Source: Bacilli bacterium (lineage in GTDB: Bacteria; Bacillota_I; Bacilli_A; RF39; UBA660). Taken from it: a stretch of 53,639 nucleotides of DNA. Below the pieces are notes generated by a model. That model made no database searches, was not told the origin of the DNA, and worked only from the letters and a program-made list of their open reading frames with translations. The position numbers and the translations under genes were made by a program. The stretch covers positions 1 through 53,639 of the forward strand of contig JAGCSA010000018.1 of assembly GCA_017964405.1 (NCBI GenBank), read 5' to 3'. Positions 28,726-39,176 of this stretch are shown in pieces. How positions within the stretch are numbered: the first letter of the stretch is position 1; each line of letters opens with the position of its first letter.

Positions 28726-29838
28726 ATGAATCCAGGAAAAGACAATGTGACACAAATGATAGATATGATTAAGACAAAATATAGAAAGAATGAAAAATCT
28801 TCTTATCTATTAATAGGATTCTTCGCAATTCTAATAGGAATAGCCATTCTTCTCTATGCTAAAGAAAGGCAATCAGGAGAACTATGGATCATAGGAATCT
28901 TTGTTTTGATCATCGCAGGAATCTTGGTAAAAATCATATTGAAACAAAAGAAGTTCAAAGAAATGATAGAATGGATTCATGGGAACCAAGAAGAAATCAA
29001 TCAAGATTGTGAATTCATGGAAGACAATTGTTATGCAACAAAATATAGAGTCATTAAAATATACCCAGAAGCATGTAAATTAGAACAAGTAGAATTCAAT
29101 CAAATTCAAAAGATAGAAGATAGTAGATTTGTAAATACAGATAATATGCAAGATATACCAGCTCTTACGATTACAACCATGGATCAAAAGAAATATAAAT
29201 GGAGAAAAACAGATCGACTAGATTGTATTTTGCATGATGATAAAAGAGAAGAAGAAGAGTCAGAAGGAGTAAAAATGGCATCCAGTGATATCAAAGACTA
29301 TTATCAATATGATGATTATCAACAAGGATTCATCGATGTCGATTTGTTAAATGCAAAAGATGTATCGATGTGGATGGATACCGATATAGAAGAAAGTTAT
29401 GCAAATCAAGTAGCTCATACGATTAAAACTCTTACAAGAGAAGAAATAGAAGAGGCTTTAGAAAGTACCGTTTGGTTCTATAATGACAATTTAAAAGAAG
29501 ATGGATATTTCAATAAAGAACTTCCTTTAAGAATGACAAAAGAAGAAGTATTAAACTATATCACATTAAATGAAATCTATCCAAGAAAAGAAGAAAATCA
29601 AAGAATTTGCTATACGTTATTCTTCCATACAGAAATGGAACCAGAACATGGTATTTCTTGGGGATTTGAAGACAAAGAATTAATCTATGTAGGAGCAGGA
29701 GCAGATTATGCAGAAGAAAATCTAAAAGATGATTATAATTATGCTAAGAAATATCATGATCCTGTAACCTTAACAGAAGAAGAATATAAAGAATTAGAAG
29801 AAACAGGAAAAATAACAAAAAAGAAAACAGGAGAATAA
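28726..29838 (+). CDS. Hypothetical two-TM protein with acidic C-terminal EHG-motif domain
   Basis: Two TM helices; FHTEMEPEHGISWGFEDKELIYVG. Confidence 0.65.
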   Translation: MNPGKDNVTQMIDMIKTKYRKNEKSSYLLIGFFAILIGIAILLYAKERQSGELWIIGIFVLIIAGILVKIILKQKKFKEMIEWIHGNQEEINQDCEFMEDNCYATKYRVIKIYPEACKLEQVEFNQIQKIEDSRFVNTDNMQDIPALTITTMDQKKYKWRKTDRLDCILHDDKREEEESEGVKMASSDIKDYYQYDDYQQGFIDVDLLNAKDVSMWMDTDIEESYANQVAHTIKTLTREEIEEALESTVWFYNDNLKEDGYFNKELPLRMTKEEVLNYITLNEIYPRKEENQRICYTLFFHTEMEPEHGISWGFEDKELIYVGAGADYAEENLKDDYNYAKKYHDPVTLTEEEYKELEETGKITKKKTGE

Positions 29839-29910
29839 ATAGATTCTCTTGTTTTTCAATGGGATAAATGATAGAATCAATACCGTGACAAGGAAGAAGG
29901 TGGAAAGGAT

Positions 29911-31860
29911 ATGTTTGAATTAGAATCAAAGTTTCAACCATCAGGAGATCAACCAGAAGCAATTCAAGAATTAGTAAAAGGAATTCAAGAAGGAAAGAAA
30001 GAACAAGTTCTTTTAGGAGCTACTGGTACCGGAAAAACATTTACCATTGCGAATGTAATAAAAGAAGTGAATAAACCAACCTTAGTACTAGCACATAATA
30101 AAACATTAGCAGGACAATTATATTCCGAATTAAAAGAATTATTTCCCAAAAATAAAGTAGAATACTTTGTATCTTATTATGATTATTATCAACCAGAAGC
30201 CTATGTACCTTCCACTGATACGTATATTGAAAAAGACTCTTCCATTAATGATGAAATAGATGAATTACGACATGCCGCAACATCAGCTCTTATCTCTAGA
30301 AGAGATACCATCGTAGTCGCATCTGTCTCTTGTATCTATGGAATTGGAGAAGTAGAAGAATATAAAAATAAAATGTTAACACTATCAGTAGGAGAACAAA
30401 TAGAAAGAAATGAAGTATTAACAAAACTAATTGATATGTTATATGAAAGAAATGATATGGATTTTAAAAGAGGTACTTTTCGAGTAAGAGGAGATACTTT
30501 AGAAATCATACCAGCCAATCAAAATACACAAGGATATCGAGTAGAATTCTTTGGAGATGAAATTGATAGAATCTCTGAGATTGATACTTTAACAGGTAAT
30601 ATTATAAATAATGTTAAAAATGTATCCATCTTTCCAGCAAGTCACTTTGTAGTAAGTGATGAAAGATTACAAGAAGCCATTATTCGTATAAGACAAGAAT
30701 TAAAAGACCGATTGGAAGAATTGAAGTCTAATAATAAATTACTAGCTGCCGAACGTCTAGAACAGAGAACAAATTATGATTTAGAGATGTTAGAAGAAAC
30801 AGGATTCTGTTCCGGAATAGAAAACTATTCAGCTCCAATGAGTGGAAGGTCTCCCGGAGAAACTCCTACGACATTAATGGACTTCTTCCCAGAAGATTAT
30901 CTATTAGTAGTAGATGAATCTCATGTAACATTACCACAAGTAAGAGGAATGTATAATGGAGACCGTTCTAGAAAATTAAATCTAGTTGAATATGGATTTA
31001 GACTTCCAAGTGCTTTAGACAATCGACCATTAAAGTTTGAAGAATTTGAAAAGAAAATTAATCAAGCAATCTATGTATCCGCAACACCAGGAGATTATGA
31101 ATTAGAACACACCCATAATCAGTTTGTAGAACAAATCATAAGGCCAACAGGTTTATTAGATCCAGAAATAGAAGTAAGAAAAACAGAAGGACAAATTGAT
31201 GATTTAGTAGGAGAAATCCATAATCGAATCGAACAAAATGAAAGAGTACTAGTTACAACGCTAACCATTCGTATGGCAGAAGAATTAACAAACTATCTAA
31301 AAGAATTAGATATCAAAGTAGCTTATCTTCATAGTGAAGTAAAAACACTAGAAAGAATGCAGATTATTCATGATATCAGAACCGGTAAATATGATGTATT
31401 AGTAGGAATCAATCTTCTAAGAGAAGGATTAGATATCCCAGAAGTCAGTTTAATTGCAATTTTAGATGCCGATAAAGAAGGATTCTTACGTAGTACCAGA
31501 AGTTTAATTCAAACTGTTGGACGATGTGCTAGAAATGAACATGGTCACGTTATTATGTATGGAGATCATATAACAGAATCTATGCAAGAAGCTATAGAAG
31601 AAACAGAAAGACGTCGTAAGATTCAACAAAAATATAATCAAGAACATGGTATTACACCAAAGACTATTATCAAAGAAATTCGAGAAGTCATTTCCAATAC
31701 AGATGAGAAAGCATCTAAGAAAGATAAAAAGATGACAAAGAAAGAATTAGCATTCACAATCGATCGGATTGAACAAGAAATGAGAGAAGCTGCTAAGAAC
31801 TTAGACTTTGAAAGAGCGATGGAATTACGAGATATCTTATTTGAAATGAAGAGTAACTAA
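29911..31860 (+). CDS. uvrB: Excinuclease ABC subunit B
   Basis: [33 protein letters not shown]-terminal UVR domain. Confidence 0.98.
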   Translation: MFELESKFQPSGDQPEAIQELVKGIQEGKKEQVLLGATGTGKTFTIANVIKEVNKPTLVLAHNKTLAGQLYSELKELFPKNKVEYFVSYYDYYQPEAYVPSTDTYIEKDSSINDEIDELRHAATSALISRRDTIVVASVSCIYGIGEVEEYKNKMLTLSVGEQIERNEVLTKLIDMLYERNDMDFKRGTFRVRGDTLEIIPANQNTQGYRVEFFGDEIDRISEIDTLTGNIINNVKNVSIFPASHFVVSDERLQEAIIRIRQELKDRLEELKSNNKLLAAERLEQRTNYDLEMLEETGFCSGIENYSAPMSGRSPGETPTTLMDFFPEDYLLVVDESHVTLPQVRGMYNGDRSRKLNLVEYGFRLPSALDNRPLKFEEFEKKINQAIYVSATPGDYELEHTHNQFVEQIIRPTGLLDPEIEVRKTEGQIDDLVGEIHNRIEQNERVLVTTLTIRMAEELTNYLKELDIKVAYLHSEVKTLERMQIIHDIRTGKYDVLVGINLLREGLDIPEVSLIAILDADKEGFLRSTRSLIQTVGRCARNEHGHVIMYGDHITESMQEAIEETERRRKIQQKYNQEHGITPKTIIKEIREVISNTDEKASKKDKKMTKKELAFTIDRIEQEMREAAKNLDFERAMELRDILFEMKSN

Positions 31861-31861
31861 T

Positions 31862-32701
31862 ATGAAACAGTATAAAAAGATATATATAGAAATAACTAAT
31901 ATCTGTAATTTGAATTGTTCTTTCTGTTCCAAAACATCTAAGAAAAAGAAAAATATGACCTTAGAAGAATTTCAAGTCATATTAGAAAAAATAAAAGATT
32001 ATACAAATTATATTTATCTTCATATAAAAGGAGAACCTCTTCTTCATCCACAAGTAATTGACTTTATGAAAGAAGCAGAAAAATATCATATCAAAGTAAA
32101 TCTCACAACCAATGGAACTCTTCTAAAAGAGAAAGCAAAATGCTTAGGTTCTTGTCAGAATCTCAATAAAATCAATGTATCACTTCATTGTGAACAAGAA
32201 GATCCCAATTACTTTAAAGATATCTTTGATAGTATACAATCTCTTTCTCCTAAGACAACCGTGATCTATCGGTTATGGACCTTGAAGAATAATCAATTAG
32301 ATAAGAAGTCAACAGAAATAGTGGATAAAATAAAAGAGTATTATCATTTATCAACAGAAACAGTGGATAAAATAAAAAAAGAAAATAATATCAAAATAAA
32401 TCCACAGATTTATGTGGATAAAGATAATGAATTTGAATGGCCTCATATTACCACTCATCAAAGTAGAGGATACTGTTATGCCTTAAAGACACAGATAGGA
32501 ATCCTAGTAGACGGAACAGTAGTACCTTGTTGTTTAGATGCAGAAGGTATTATCAATTTAGGAAATATATTCCAAGAAGATCTAGAAGATATTATAAATA
32601 GTACACGGTATCAAACCCTACAAAAATCATTTCAAGATAGAAACCCATCAGAAGCATTATGTAGATCATGTATGTTTAAAGAAAAAAGAAAAGAGTCATA
32701 A
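31862..32701 (+). CDS. Radical SAM protein with SPASM/twitch domain
   Basis: CNLNCSFC, KGEPLLHP, TTNG, YCYAL...DGTVVPCC...CRSC. Confidence 0.9.
   Translation: MKQYKKIYIEITNICNLNCSFCSKTSKKKKNMTLEEFQVILEKIKDYTNYIYLHIKGEPLLHPQVIDFMKEAEKYHIKVNLTTNGTLLKEKAKCLGSCQNLNKINVSLHCEQEDPNYFKDIFDSIQSLSPKTTVIYRLWTLKNNQLDKKSTEIVDKIKEYYHLSTETVDKIKKENNIKINPQIYVDKDNEFEWPHITTHQSRGYCYALKTQIGILVDGTVVPCCLDAEGIINLGNIFQEDLEDIINSTRYQTLQKSFQDRNPSEALCRSCMFKEKRKES
32320..32421. promoter_or_regulatory. Putative intragenic DnaA-box cluster
   Basis: TGTGGATAA 32413-32421 (9/9), TTATCAACA 32348-32356, AGTGGATAA 32320-32328 and 32362-32370 (8/9), AAATCCACA 32398-32406 (7/9). Confidence 0.55.
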
Positions 32702-32721
32702 GACTCTGTTTATTGTGACTA

Positions 32722-33069
32722 TTACTTAGTATCTAAGCAGTAGAATACTAAAAGAACGATTCCACCAAATGGAACTAGACCTAATAGAATCCACCAACCA
32801 GATTTTCCGATGTCGTGTAATCTTCTTACTTGAATAGCTAAACTTGGAATAACTAAAGCTAATTCAAGAATAATTACAAGAATTCCTGTAATACTTGTAG
32901 CAGTATCTCCTAGTAATCCACCAATGAATCCTAGAACGAAGGAAAGCACAAACATGGCAATCCATACTCCTAAAATTGCAAACCAGAAAGTTTTTCTATT
33001 CGTACGTCCTGAAAAATCAGCATACTTCCCAAAAAACTCATTTTTTACAGCATCTATCAAATTCGTCAC
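32722..33069 (-). CDS. DUF805 membrane protein
   Basis: KYADFSGRTNRKTFW...VRRLHDIGKSGWW. Confidence 0.92.
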   Translation of the reverse strand: MTNLIDAVKNEFFGKYADFSGRTNRKTFWFAILGVWIAMFVLSFVLGFIGGLLGDTATSITGILVIILELALVIPSLAIQVRRLHDIGKSGWWILLGLVPFGGIVLLVFYCLDTK

Positions 33070-33143
33070 TCCTCTCTAGATTAATCATATCATAATTAAT
33101 AAAAAAAAGAATTTGTGTTATAATATGCGAAGGAGGTGTTACT

Positions 33144-35957
33144 ATGGATAAGATTATTATTAAAGGTGCAAGAGAAAATAACTTAAAAAATCTAGATATA
33201 GAACTACCAAAAAATAAACTAATTGTCATGACAGGATTATCTGGATCAGGAAAATCTTCTTTAGCATTTGATACCATTTATGCAGAAGGACAACGTAGAT
33301 ATGTAGAGAGCTTATCTGCTTATGCAAGACAATTCTTAGGAAATACAGAAAAGCCAGATGTTGATTCCATTGAAGGATTATCTCCTGCTATTTCGATTGA
33401 TCAAAAGACAACCAATAATAATCCAAGATCTACAGTAGGAACGGTAACAGAAATCTATGATTATTTAAGATTAGTTTTTGCGAGAGTAGGAGTACCATAC
33501 TGTCCTAATCATCATATTCCAATTACTTCTCAAAGTATAGAAGAAATGACTAACAAAGTAATGGAATATCCAGAAGGTACCAAATTAATTATTTTATCCC
33601 CAGTAGCACATGGAGAAAAAGGAACTCATAAAGAGTTATTAGAAGATTTAAGAAAAGAAGGATATGTCAGAGTTAGAATCAATGGAGAAATGATTGATCT
33701 ATCAGAAGACATTAATCTAGAAAAAAATAAAAAAGATGATATTGCTGTTGTAATAGATAGATTGATCTTAAAACAAGAATCTCGTTCTCGTTTATTTGAA
33801 GCTTTAGAAGCAGCAACCAAACTATCTCATGGAAAAGTAGTAATTGAAATCTTAGGAGAAGATCACAAAGAACTAGTATTCTCTGAATCTTTCGCATGTC
33901 CTCATTGTGAATTTTCTCTTCCAGAATTAGAACCAAGATTATTTAGTTTTAATGCCCCTTATGGAGCATGCCCTGATTGTAAAGGATTAGGAGTCAATCT
34001 CCAAATGGATGAAGATTTAGTAATACCAGATGACTCTAAATCAATTGCAGAAGGATGTATTAAAACATTAACAGATGATCCAGAAGCCATTGAATATATG
34101 GAATTAGAATGCTTATGTAATCACTATAAGATTGATATGAATAAAAAATGGTCTAAATTAAAGAGAAGAGAACAAGAACTAATTCTATATGGTAGTGATG
34201 AACCAATTCGTATTAAATTAACGACAAAAGGTGGAATGCAAAAAGATAAATTAGATTACTATGAAGGAATTATTAATCGATTAGAAAGAAGATATATGGA
34301 TACTTCTTCTACCTGGATTAGAGAATGGTTAGAAAACTACATGGTAGAACATGTATGTGATACCTGTCATGGAGCTAGATTAAATGATAATGTTTTATCC
34401 GTAAAACTAGGAAATAAAAATATCTATGAAGTAACATGTATGTCGATTAAAGATTTAATCCCATTCTTCCAGAATTTAAAGTTATCAGAAGAAAAGAAAG
34501 AGATTGCGAAATTAGTAATCAAAGAGATTTTAGATCGATTAACCTTCTTATCAAATGTAGGATTAGAGTATCTAACATTAAGTAGAAGTGCAGGAACCTT
34601 GTCAGGAGGAGAAGCACAAAGAATTCGTCTAGCGACCCAAATCGGATCTCACTTAACAGGAGTATTATATGTATTAGATGAACCAAGTATTGGTCTTCAT
34701 CAAAGAGATAATCAAAGATTAATTAATTCTCTATTAGAAATGAGAGATTTAGGAAACACCTTAATCGTAGTAGAACATGATCAAGATACGATGTTACAAA
34801 GTGATTATTTAGTAGATATTGGACCAGGAGCAGGAGATGCAGGAGGAAAAGTGGTAGCAGCAGGAACTCCAAAAGAAGTCATGAAAAATCCAAATAGTAT
34901 TACCGGTCAATATCTAAGTGGAAAGAAAAAAATAGAAGTACCAAAAACAAGAAGAAAAGGAAATGGATTATTTCTTAAGATTAAAGGAGCAAAACAAAAT
35001 AATTTAAAGAATATTGATGTAGATATTCCTTTAGGAAAACTAGTAGCGGTAACAGGAGTATCCGGATCTGGTAAATCTTCTTTAATCAATGAAATCTTAG
35101 TAAAAGCAGTTCAACAAAAAATAAATGGTTCCAAAGAAAAACCAGGAGCATTTGATAAACTATTAGGAATTGAAAACATTGATAAGATAGTAGCCATCTC
35201 TCAAAACCCAATTGGAAGAACACCACGTTCCAATCCAGCAACCTATACAGGAGTCTTTGATGATATTAGAGAACTCTTCACAACCACAAAAGAAGCCAAG
35301 ATGTTTGGATTTGAAAAGAACAGATTCTCCTTTAATGTCAAAGGAGGAAGATGTGAAGCTTGTCGAGGAGATGGAGTGAAAAAAATAGAGATGCATTTCC
35401 TACCAGATGTATATGTACCTTGTGAAGTCTGTCATGGAACACGTTATAATACAGAAACATTAAATATCAAATATAAAGGAAAGAATATTGCAGAAGTACT
35501 TGATATGAGAGTAACTGAAGCATTAAAGTTCTTTGAAAATGTTCCAAAAATTAAAAGAAAATTACAAGTATTAGAAGATGTAGGATTAGGATATATTCAG
35601 TTAGGGCAAAGTGCTCCTACCTTATCAGGAGGAGAAGCAGAACGAGTAAAATTAGCCAAAGAATTACAGAAAACAGCAACCGGAAAAACCTTATTTGTAC
35701 TCGATGAACCAACGACTGGATTACATACCGATGACATCAAGCGTTTACTTGCAATTTTAGAGAAAATAGTGGATAATAAAGATACTGTAGTAGTGATTGA
35801 GCATAATTTAGATGTCATCAAAGTAGCCGATTATATCATCGATTTAGGACCAGAAGGAGGAGACGGCGGAGGAGAAGTCATTGCAACAGGAACACCAGAA
35901 GAAGTATCCAAAGTAAAAGGATCCTACACAGGAGAGTTTTTAAAGAAAATAGTATAG
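33144..35957 (+). CDS. uvrA: Excinuclease ABC subunit A
   Basis: Two ABC modules (GLSGSGKSS, GVSGSGKSS, LSGGEAQR) and zinc fingers. Confidence 0.98.
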   Translation: MDKIIIKGARENNLKNLDIELPKNKLIVMTGLSGSGKSSLAFDTIYAEGQRRYVESLSAYARQFLGNTEKPDVDSIEGLSPAISIDQKTTNNNPRSTVGTVTEIYDYLRLVFARVGVPYCPNHHIPITSQSIEEMTNKVMEYPEGTKLIILSPVAHGEKGTHKELLEDLRKEGYVRVRINGEMIDLSEDINLEKNKKDDIAVVIDRLILKQESRSRLFEALEAATKLSHGKVVIEILGEDHKELVFSESFACPHCEFSLPELEPRLFSFNAPYGACPDCKGLGVNLQMDEDLVIPDDSKSIAEGCIKTLTDDPEAIEYMELECLCNHYKIDMNKKWSKLKRREQELILYGSDEPIRIKLTTKGGMQKDKLDYYEGIINRLERRYMDTSSTWIREWLENYMVEHVCDTCHGARLNDNVLSVKLGNKNIYEVTCMSIKDLIPFFQNLKLSEEKKEIAKLVIKEILDRLTFLSNVGLEYLTLSRSAGTLSGGEAQRIRLATQIGSHLTGVLYVLDEPSIGLHQRDNQRLINSLLEMRDLGNTLIVVEHDQDTMLQSDYLVDIGPGAGDAGGKVVAAGTPKEVMKNPNSITGQYLSGKKKIEVPKTRRKGNGLFLKIKGAKQNNLKNIDVDIPLGKLVAVTGVSGSGKSSLINEILVKAVQQKINGSKEKPGAFDKLLGIENIDKIVAISQNPIGRTPRSNPATYTGVFDDIRELFTTTKEAKMFGFEKNRFSFNVKGGRCEACRGDGVKKIEMHFLPDVYVPCEVCHGTRYNTETLNIKYKGKNIAEVLDMRVTEALKFFENVPKIKRKLQVLEDVGLGYIQLGQSAPTLSGGEAERVKLAKELQKTATGKTLFVLDEPTTGLHTDDIKRLLAILEKIVDNKDTVVVIEHNLDVIKVADYIIDLGPEGGDGGGEVIATGTPEEVSKVKGSYTGEFLKKIV

Positions 35958-35967
35958 GGGCGATGCT

Positions 35968-36420
35968 ATGCAGCTAATTATAAAAGAAAAAAATATTACA
36001 AGGATTAATCACTTAGTCGATTGGTTAATTCATATGGCTGGTTATACCATTGTATTCATCTTAGTAACAAGTCTATTTCATACCATCCATATTGATGAGA
36101 ATCATATTATTTTATGGTCTATTATCATAGAATTATTAATCTATGCATTAAATAAAACCGTAAAACCAATCTTAGTAACCTTAACAATTCCCATTACAGG
36201 ATTAACATTAGGTCTATTTTATCCTTTTATTAATGTATTTATTTTAAAATTAGCAGATTGGTTATTAGGAAAACACTTTGAAGTAACCAATATCTATATT
36301 GCATTTATCGCAGCTATCCTATTATCCATCATGAATTTCATCATGGAAGAAATTATTAAAAAGATTATTAGAACCGTCAAAAAGAAAGAAGCAAAGCGAC
36401 ATGAAAAGCACAATCATTGA
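35968..36420 (+). CDS. YvlD-like 4-TM membrane protein ('phage holin family')
   Basis: LNKTVKPILVTLTIPITGLTLGLF...IN; located before lgt. Confidence 0.8.
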   Translation: MQLIIKEKNITRINHLVDWLIHMAGYTIVFILVTSLFHTIHIDENHIILWSIIIELLIYALNKTVKPILVTLTIPITGLTLGLFYPFINVFILKLADWLLGKHFEVTNIYIAFIAAILLSIMNFIMEEIIKKIIRTVKKKEAKRHEKHNH

Positions 36421-37198
36421 TTTTGGATGGTTAGAAATAAAATGGTATTCTCTTTTTCTATTAATCGCTTTCACATCAGCATCGATTGTATTTTATTTAG
36501 AAGCTAAGAAAAAAGGATTAGAGAAAGATCAGATTATTGACCTATTATTCTATGGATTATTAATAGGAATCTTAGGAGCAAGAATCTACTATATTCTATT
36601 TAATTTAAAATATTATTTAGAAGATCCGATAGAAATGTTTTGTATCTGGCATGGAGGATTAGCAATCCATGGAGGAATTATCGCAACATTCCTTTATCTA
36701 ATCATTCGTACAAAGAAGAAAAAAGAAAATATCATTCTTTTATTAGATATGATTGCAGTAGGATTATTATTAGGACAAGCAATAGGAAGATGGGGAAACT
36801 TCTTTAACCAAGAAGCCTTTGGAAGAATTGTTTCTAAAGAATTTTTAATGAATCTTCCTCTACCAAATTTTATTATACAAGGGATGTATATTAATGGATC
36901 TTACCGGGAACCAACCTTTCTCTATGAATCTATTTGTTCCATCATTGGATTTGGAATCATCCTATTATTAAGAAGAATAAAAAAAATCAAAACGGGGAAT
37001 CTAACAAGTTTCTATCTAATTTGGTATGGATTCACTCGTTTTATCATAGAATCATTTCGATCTGATTCCTTAATGTTCATGGATATCAAAGTAGCACAAC
37101 TAGTATCCATCCTAGGAATCATTATAGGAATCATTCTATTTATCAAAAGTAAGAATTATCAATATTATCAAAAAGATACAATTATACAAGAAAAGTAG
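36401..37198 (+). CDS. lgt: Prolipoprotein diacylglyceryl transferase
   Basis: GARIYY, GGLAIHGG, QAIGRWGNFFNQEAFG, PTFLYES. Confidence 0.97.
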   Translation: MKSTIIDFGWLEIKWYSLFLLIAFTSASIVFYLEAKKKGLEKDQIIDLLFYGLLIGILGARIYYILFNLKYYLEDPIEMFCIWHGGLAIHGGIIATFLYLIIRTKKKKENIILLLDMIAVGLLLGQAIGRWGNFFNQEAFGRIVSKEFLMNLPLPNFIIQGMYINGSYREPTFLYESICSIIGFGIILLLRRIKKIKTGNLTSFYLIWYGFTRFIIESFRSDSLMFMDIKVAQLVSILGIIIGIILFIKSKNYQYYQKDTIIQEK

Positions 37199-37210
37199 GG
37201 AGGATGAAGT

Positions 37211-38167
37211 ATGTATAAAAAAGTAGTCGTATTAGGAGGAGGAACTGGTATCTCCTATTTATTAAGAGGATTAAAAGATTTCCCAGTAGATATTACCGCT
37301 GTTATTACTGTATCAGATAATGGAAGATCAACAGGAAAATTAAGAGAAGAATTCCATACACCAGCAGTAGGAGATATTCGTCAAGTAATTACGAATCTAT
37401 CACAAACAGATGAACCCATTAAAGAAATGATGGCCTATCGTTTTAATACCTCTAGTGATTTAGATGGACATGCATTAGGAAACTTAATTCTAACTGCTAT
37501 GTTAGATATATCTGGATCCTTAAAAGATTCCATTGTATATCTATCTAAATTATTAGATGTAAGACATAGAGTATTACCAATCTCAGAAGATTCTGATCTA
37601 ACATTAATGGGATTAGATAAAGAGGGAAATGTCATTGAAGGAGAAGAACAAATTACACAAGCTCATCGTCAATTAGAAAAAATCTATTACAAACATGAAC
37701 CAAAAGTACTAAAAGATGTCATTGAAGAAATTCATAAAGCAGATTTAATTATCTTTAGTATGGGAAGCCTATATACAAGTATCCTTCCAAATATTATTTG
37801 TAAACAAGTACAAGAAGCATTAGATAATTCAGATGCTCCTATTATGTATTTATGTAATATTGTAACGCAACCAGGTGAAACTGATAACTTCACAGTAGGA
37901 GACCATATTAAATTATTAAATAAATATCTAAATCATAGAAAAGTAGATGTAGTCATTGCAAACAGTACACAAGTAGATAAAGAAATGGCAAAGAAATATG
38001 AAAGTAAAGAACAAAAAGACCCAGTTCTAATTGATAAAGAAGAATTAGACAAAGTGGGAGTAGAATTAATTGCAGAAGACTTACTAACGATCGCAGAAGA
38101 CAATACATTAAAACATGATAGTCTAAAACTAAGTTCTGTAATCTTCTCTTATTTAATGAGGAAATAA
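37211..38167 (+). CDS. yvcK: YvcK/GlmR UDP-GlcNAc-binding protein
   Basis: GGGTG, DNGRSTG, GHALGNL, GSLYTSILPN, TQPGET. Confidence 0.95.
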   Translation: MYKKVVVLGGGTGISYLLRGLKDFPVDITAVITVSDNGRSTGKLREEFHTPAVGDIRQVITNLSQTDEPIKEMMAYRFNTSSDLDGHALGNLILTAMLDISGSLKDSIVYLSKLLDVRHRVLPISEDSDLTLMGLDKEGNVIEGEEQITQAHRQLEKIYYKHEPKVLKDVIEEIHKADLIIFSMGSLYTSILPNIICKQVQEALDNSDAPIMYLCNIVTQPGETDNFTVGDHIKLLNKYLNHRKVDVVIANSTQVDKEMAKKYESKEQKDPVLIDKEELDKVGVELIAEDLLTIAEDNTLKHDSLKLSSVIFSYLMRK

Positions 38168-39114
38168 TGTCATTCACAGTTACGATTAAAGAAGAAATTG
38201 CAAAACAAACAAGTACTCGTTCAGAAATCATTGCTGAATTATCTGCTTATATTAGAAATAATGGAACCATCGGAAAAAAGAAAATTACCCTTTCAACAGA
38301 AAACCATTTTATTGTAGAGAGAGTAACCAATCAGATCAAAGAATTATTTAATATTCTTCCCAAAGAAGAAACGATTGAAAACTTAAATTTTAGTAAAAAA
38401 GATCTTTATCAATTAACCATCGATGAGAAAGCAGAAGAGATAGAAAAAGAACTTGGTATAATAGATGAAAAAGGAATCTATTATGATACTGTTCCAGAAT
38501 ACATAGTAGGTTCTGAAGAAGAAATAAAAGCTTATTTAAAGGGTACCTTTTTAGCATCTGGTAGTATTAATGACCCTAAAAAATCAAGATATCATATGGA
38601 GATATTAATTTCTCTACCAGAAGAAGCAGTCTATGTACAAAAATTATTAAATGGATTTGATTTAAATGCAAAGATCTTAAACCGAGAAAAAGGATATATG
38701 ATCTATATCAAAGAAGCAGAAAAAATCAGTGATTTTATGAAACTTCTAGGAGCCGTAAATGCCGTTCTATACTATGAAAATGTAAGAATCTACAGAGATC
38801 AAAAAAATATGACCAATCGTTTGAATAATTGTGAACAAGCGAATATGGATAAAGTATTTGAAACAGCAGCAGAACAATTAAAACAGATAGAAATTATTGA
38901 GAAAAATGATGGAGTCATGTTATTAGATGATCGTACCAAAGTAGCATTAGAATACAGAAAAAAATATCCAGAAGTATCTCTAAAAGAACTAGCAGAAATC
39001 ATCTCGATTGAAACAGGGAAAACACTGACAAAATCGGGATTAAATCATAGAATGAGAAAAATAAAGGAATTAGCAATCCGTTTTGAAAAAAGAGAAACTA
39101 CGACAGAATCGTAG
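38167..39114 (+). CDS. whiA: DNA-binding protein WhiA
   Basis: FLASGSINDP, NRLNNCEQAN, TKSGLNHR; follows yvcK. Confidence 0.95.
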   Translation: MSFTVTIKEEIAKQTSTRSEIIAELSAYIRNNGTIGKKKITLSTENHFIVERVTNQIKELFNILPKEETIENLNFSKKDLYQLTIDEKAEEIEKELGIIDEKGIYYDTVPEYIVGSEEEIKAYLKGTFLASGSINDPKKSRYHMEILISLPEEAVYVQKLLNGFDLNAKILNREKGYMIYIKEAEKISDFMKLLGAVNAVLYYENVRIYRDQKNMTNRLNNCEQANMDKVFETAAEQLKQIEIIEKNDGVMLLDDRTKVALEYRKKYPEVSLKELAEIISIETGKTLTKSGLNHRMRKIKELAIRFEKRETTTES

Positions 39115-39176
39115 TTTTTTCATATAGCAAAAATAGAAGAATTATGATATACTGATTATACTTAAGGGGTGATCAT

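Noticed and set aside
31862-32701. RiPP maturase role for the radical SAM protein
   Set aside because: No adjacent precursor peptide, RRE domain or transporter
29839-33143. LexA (GAAC-N4-GTTC) boxes upstream of uvrB or uvrA
   Set aside because: None seen in either upstream region
35968-36420. 'Phage holin' as evidence of a prophage
   Set aside because: YvlD-like housekeeping position before lgt; no phage structural genes or integrase
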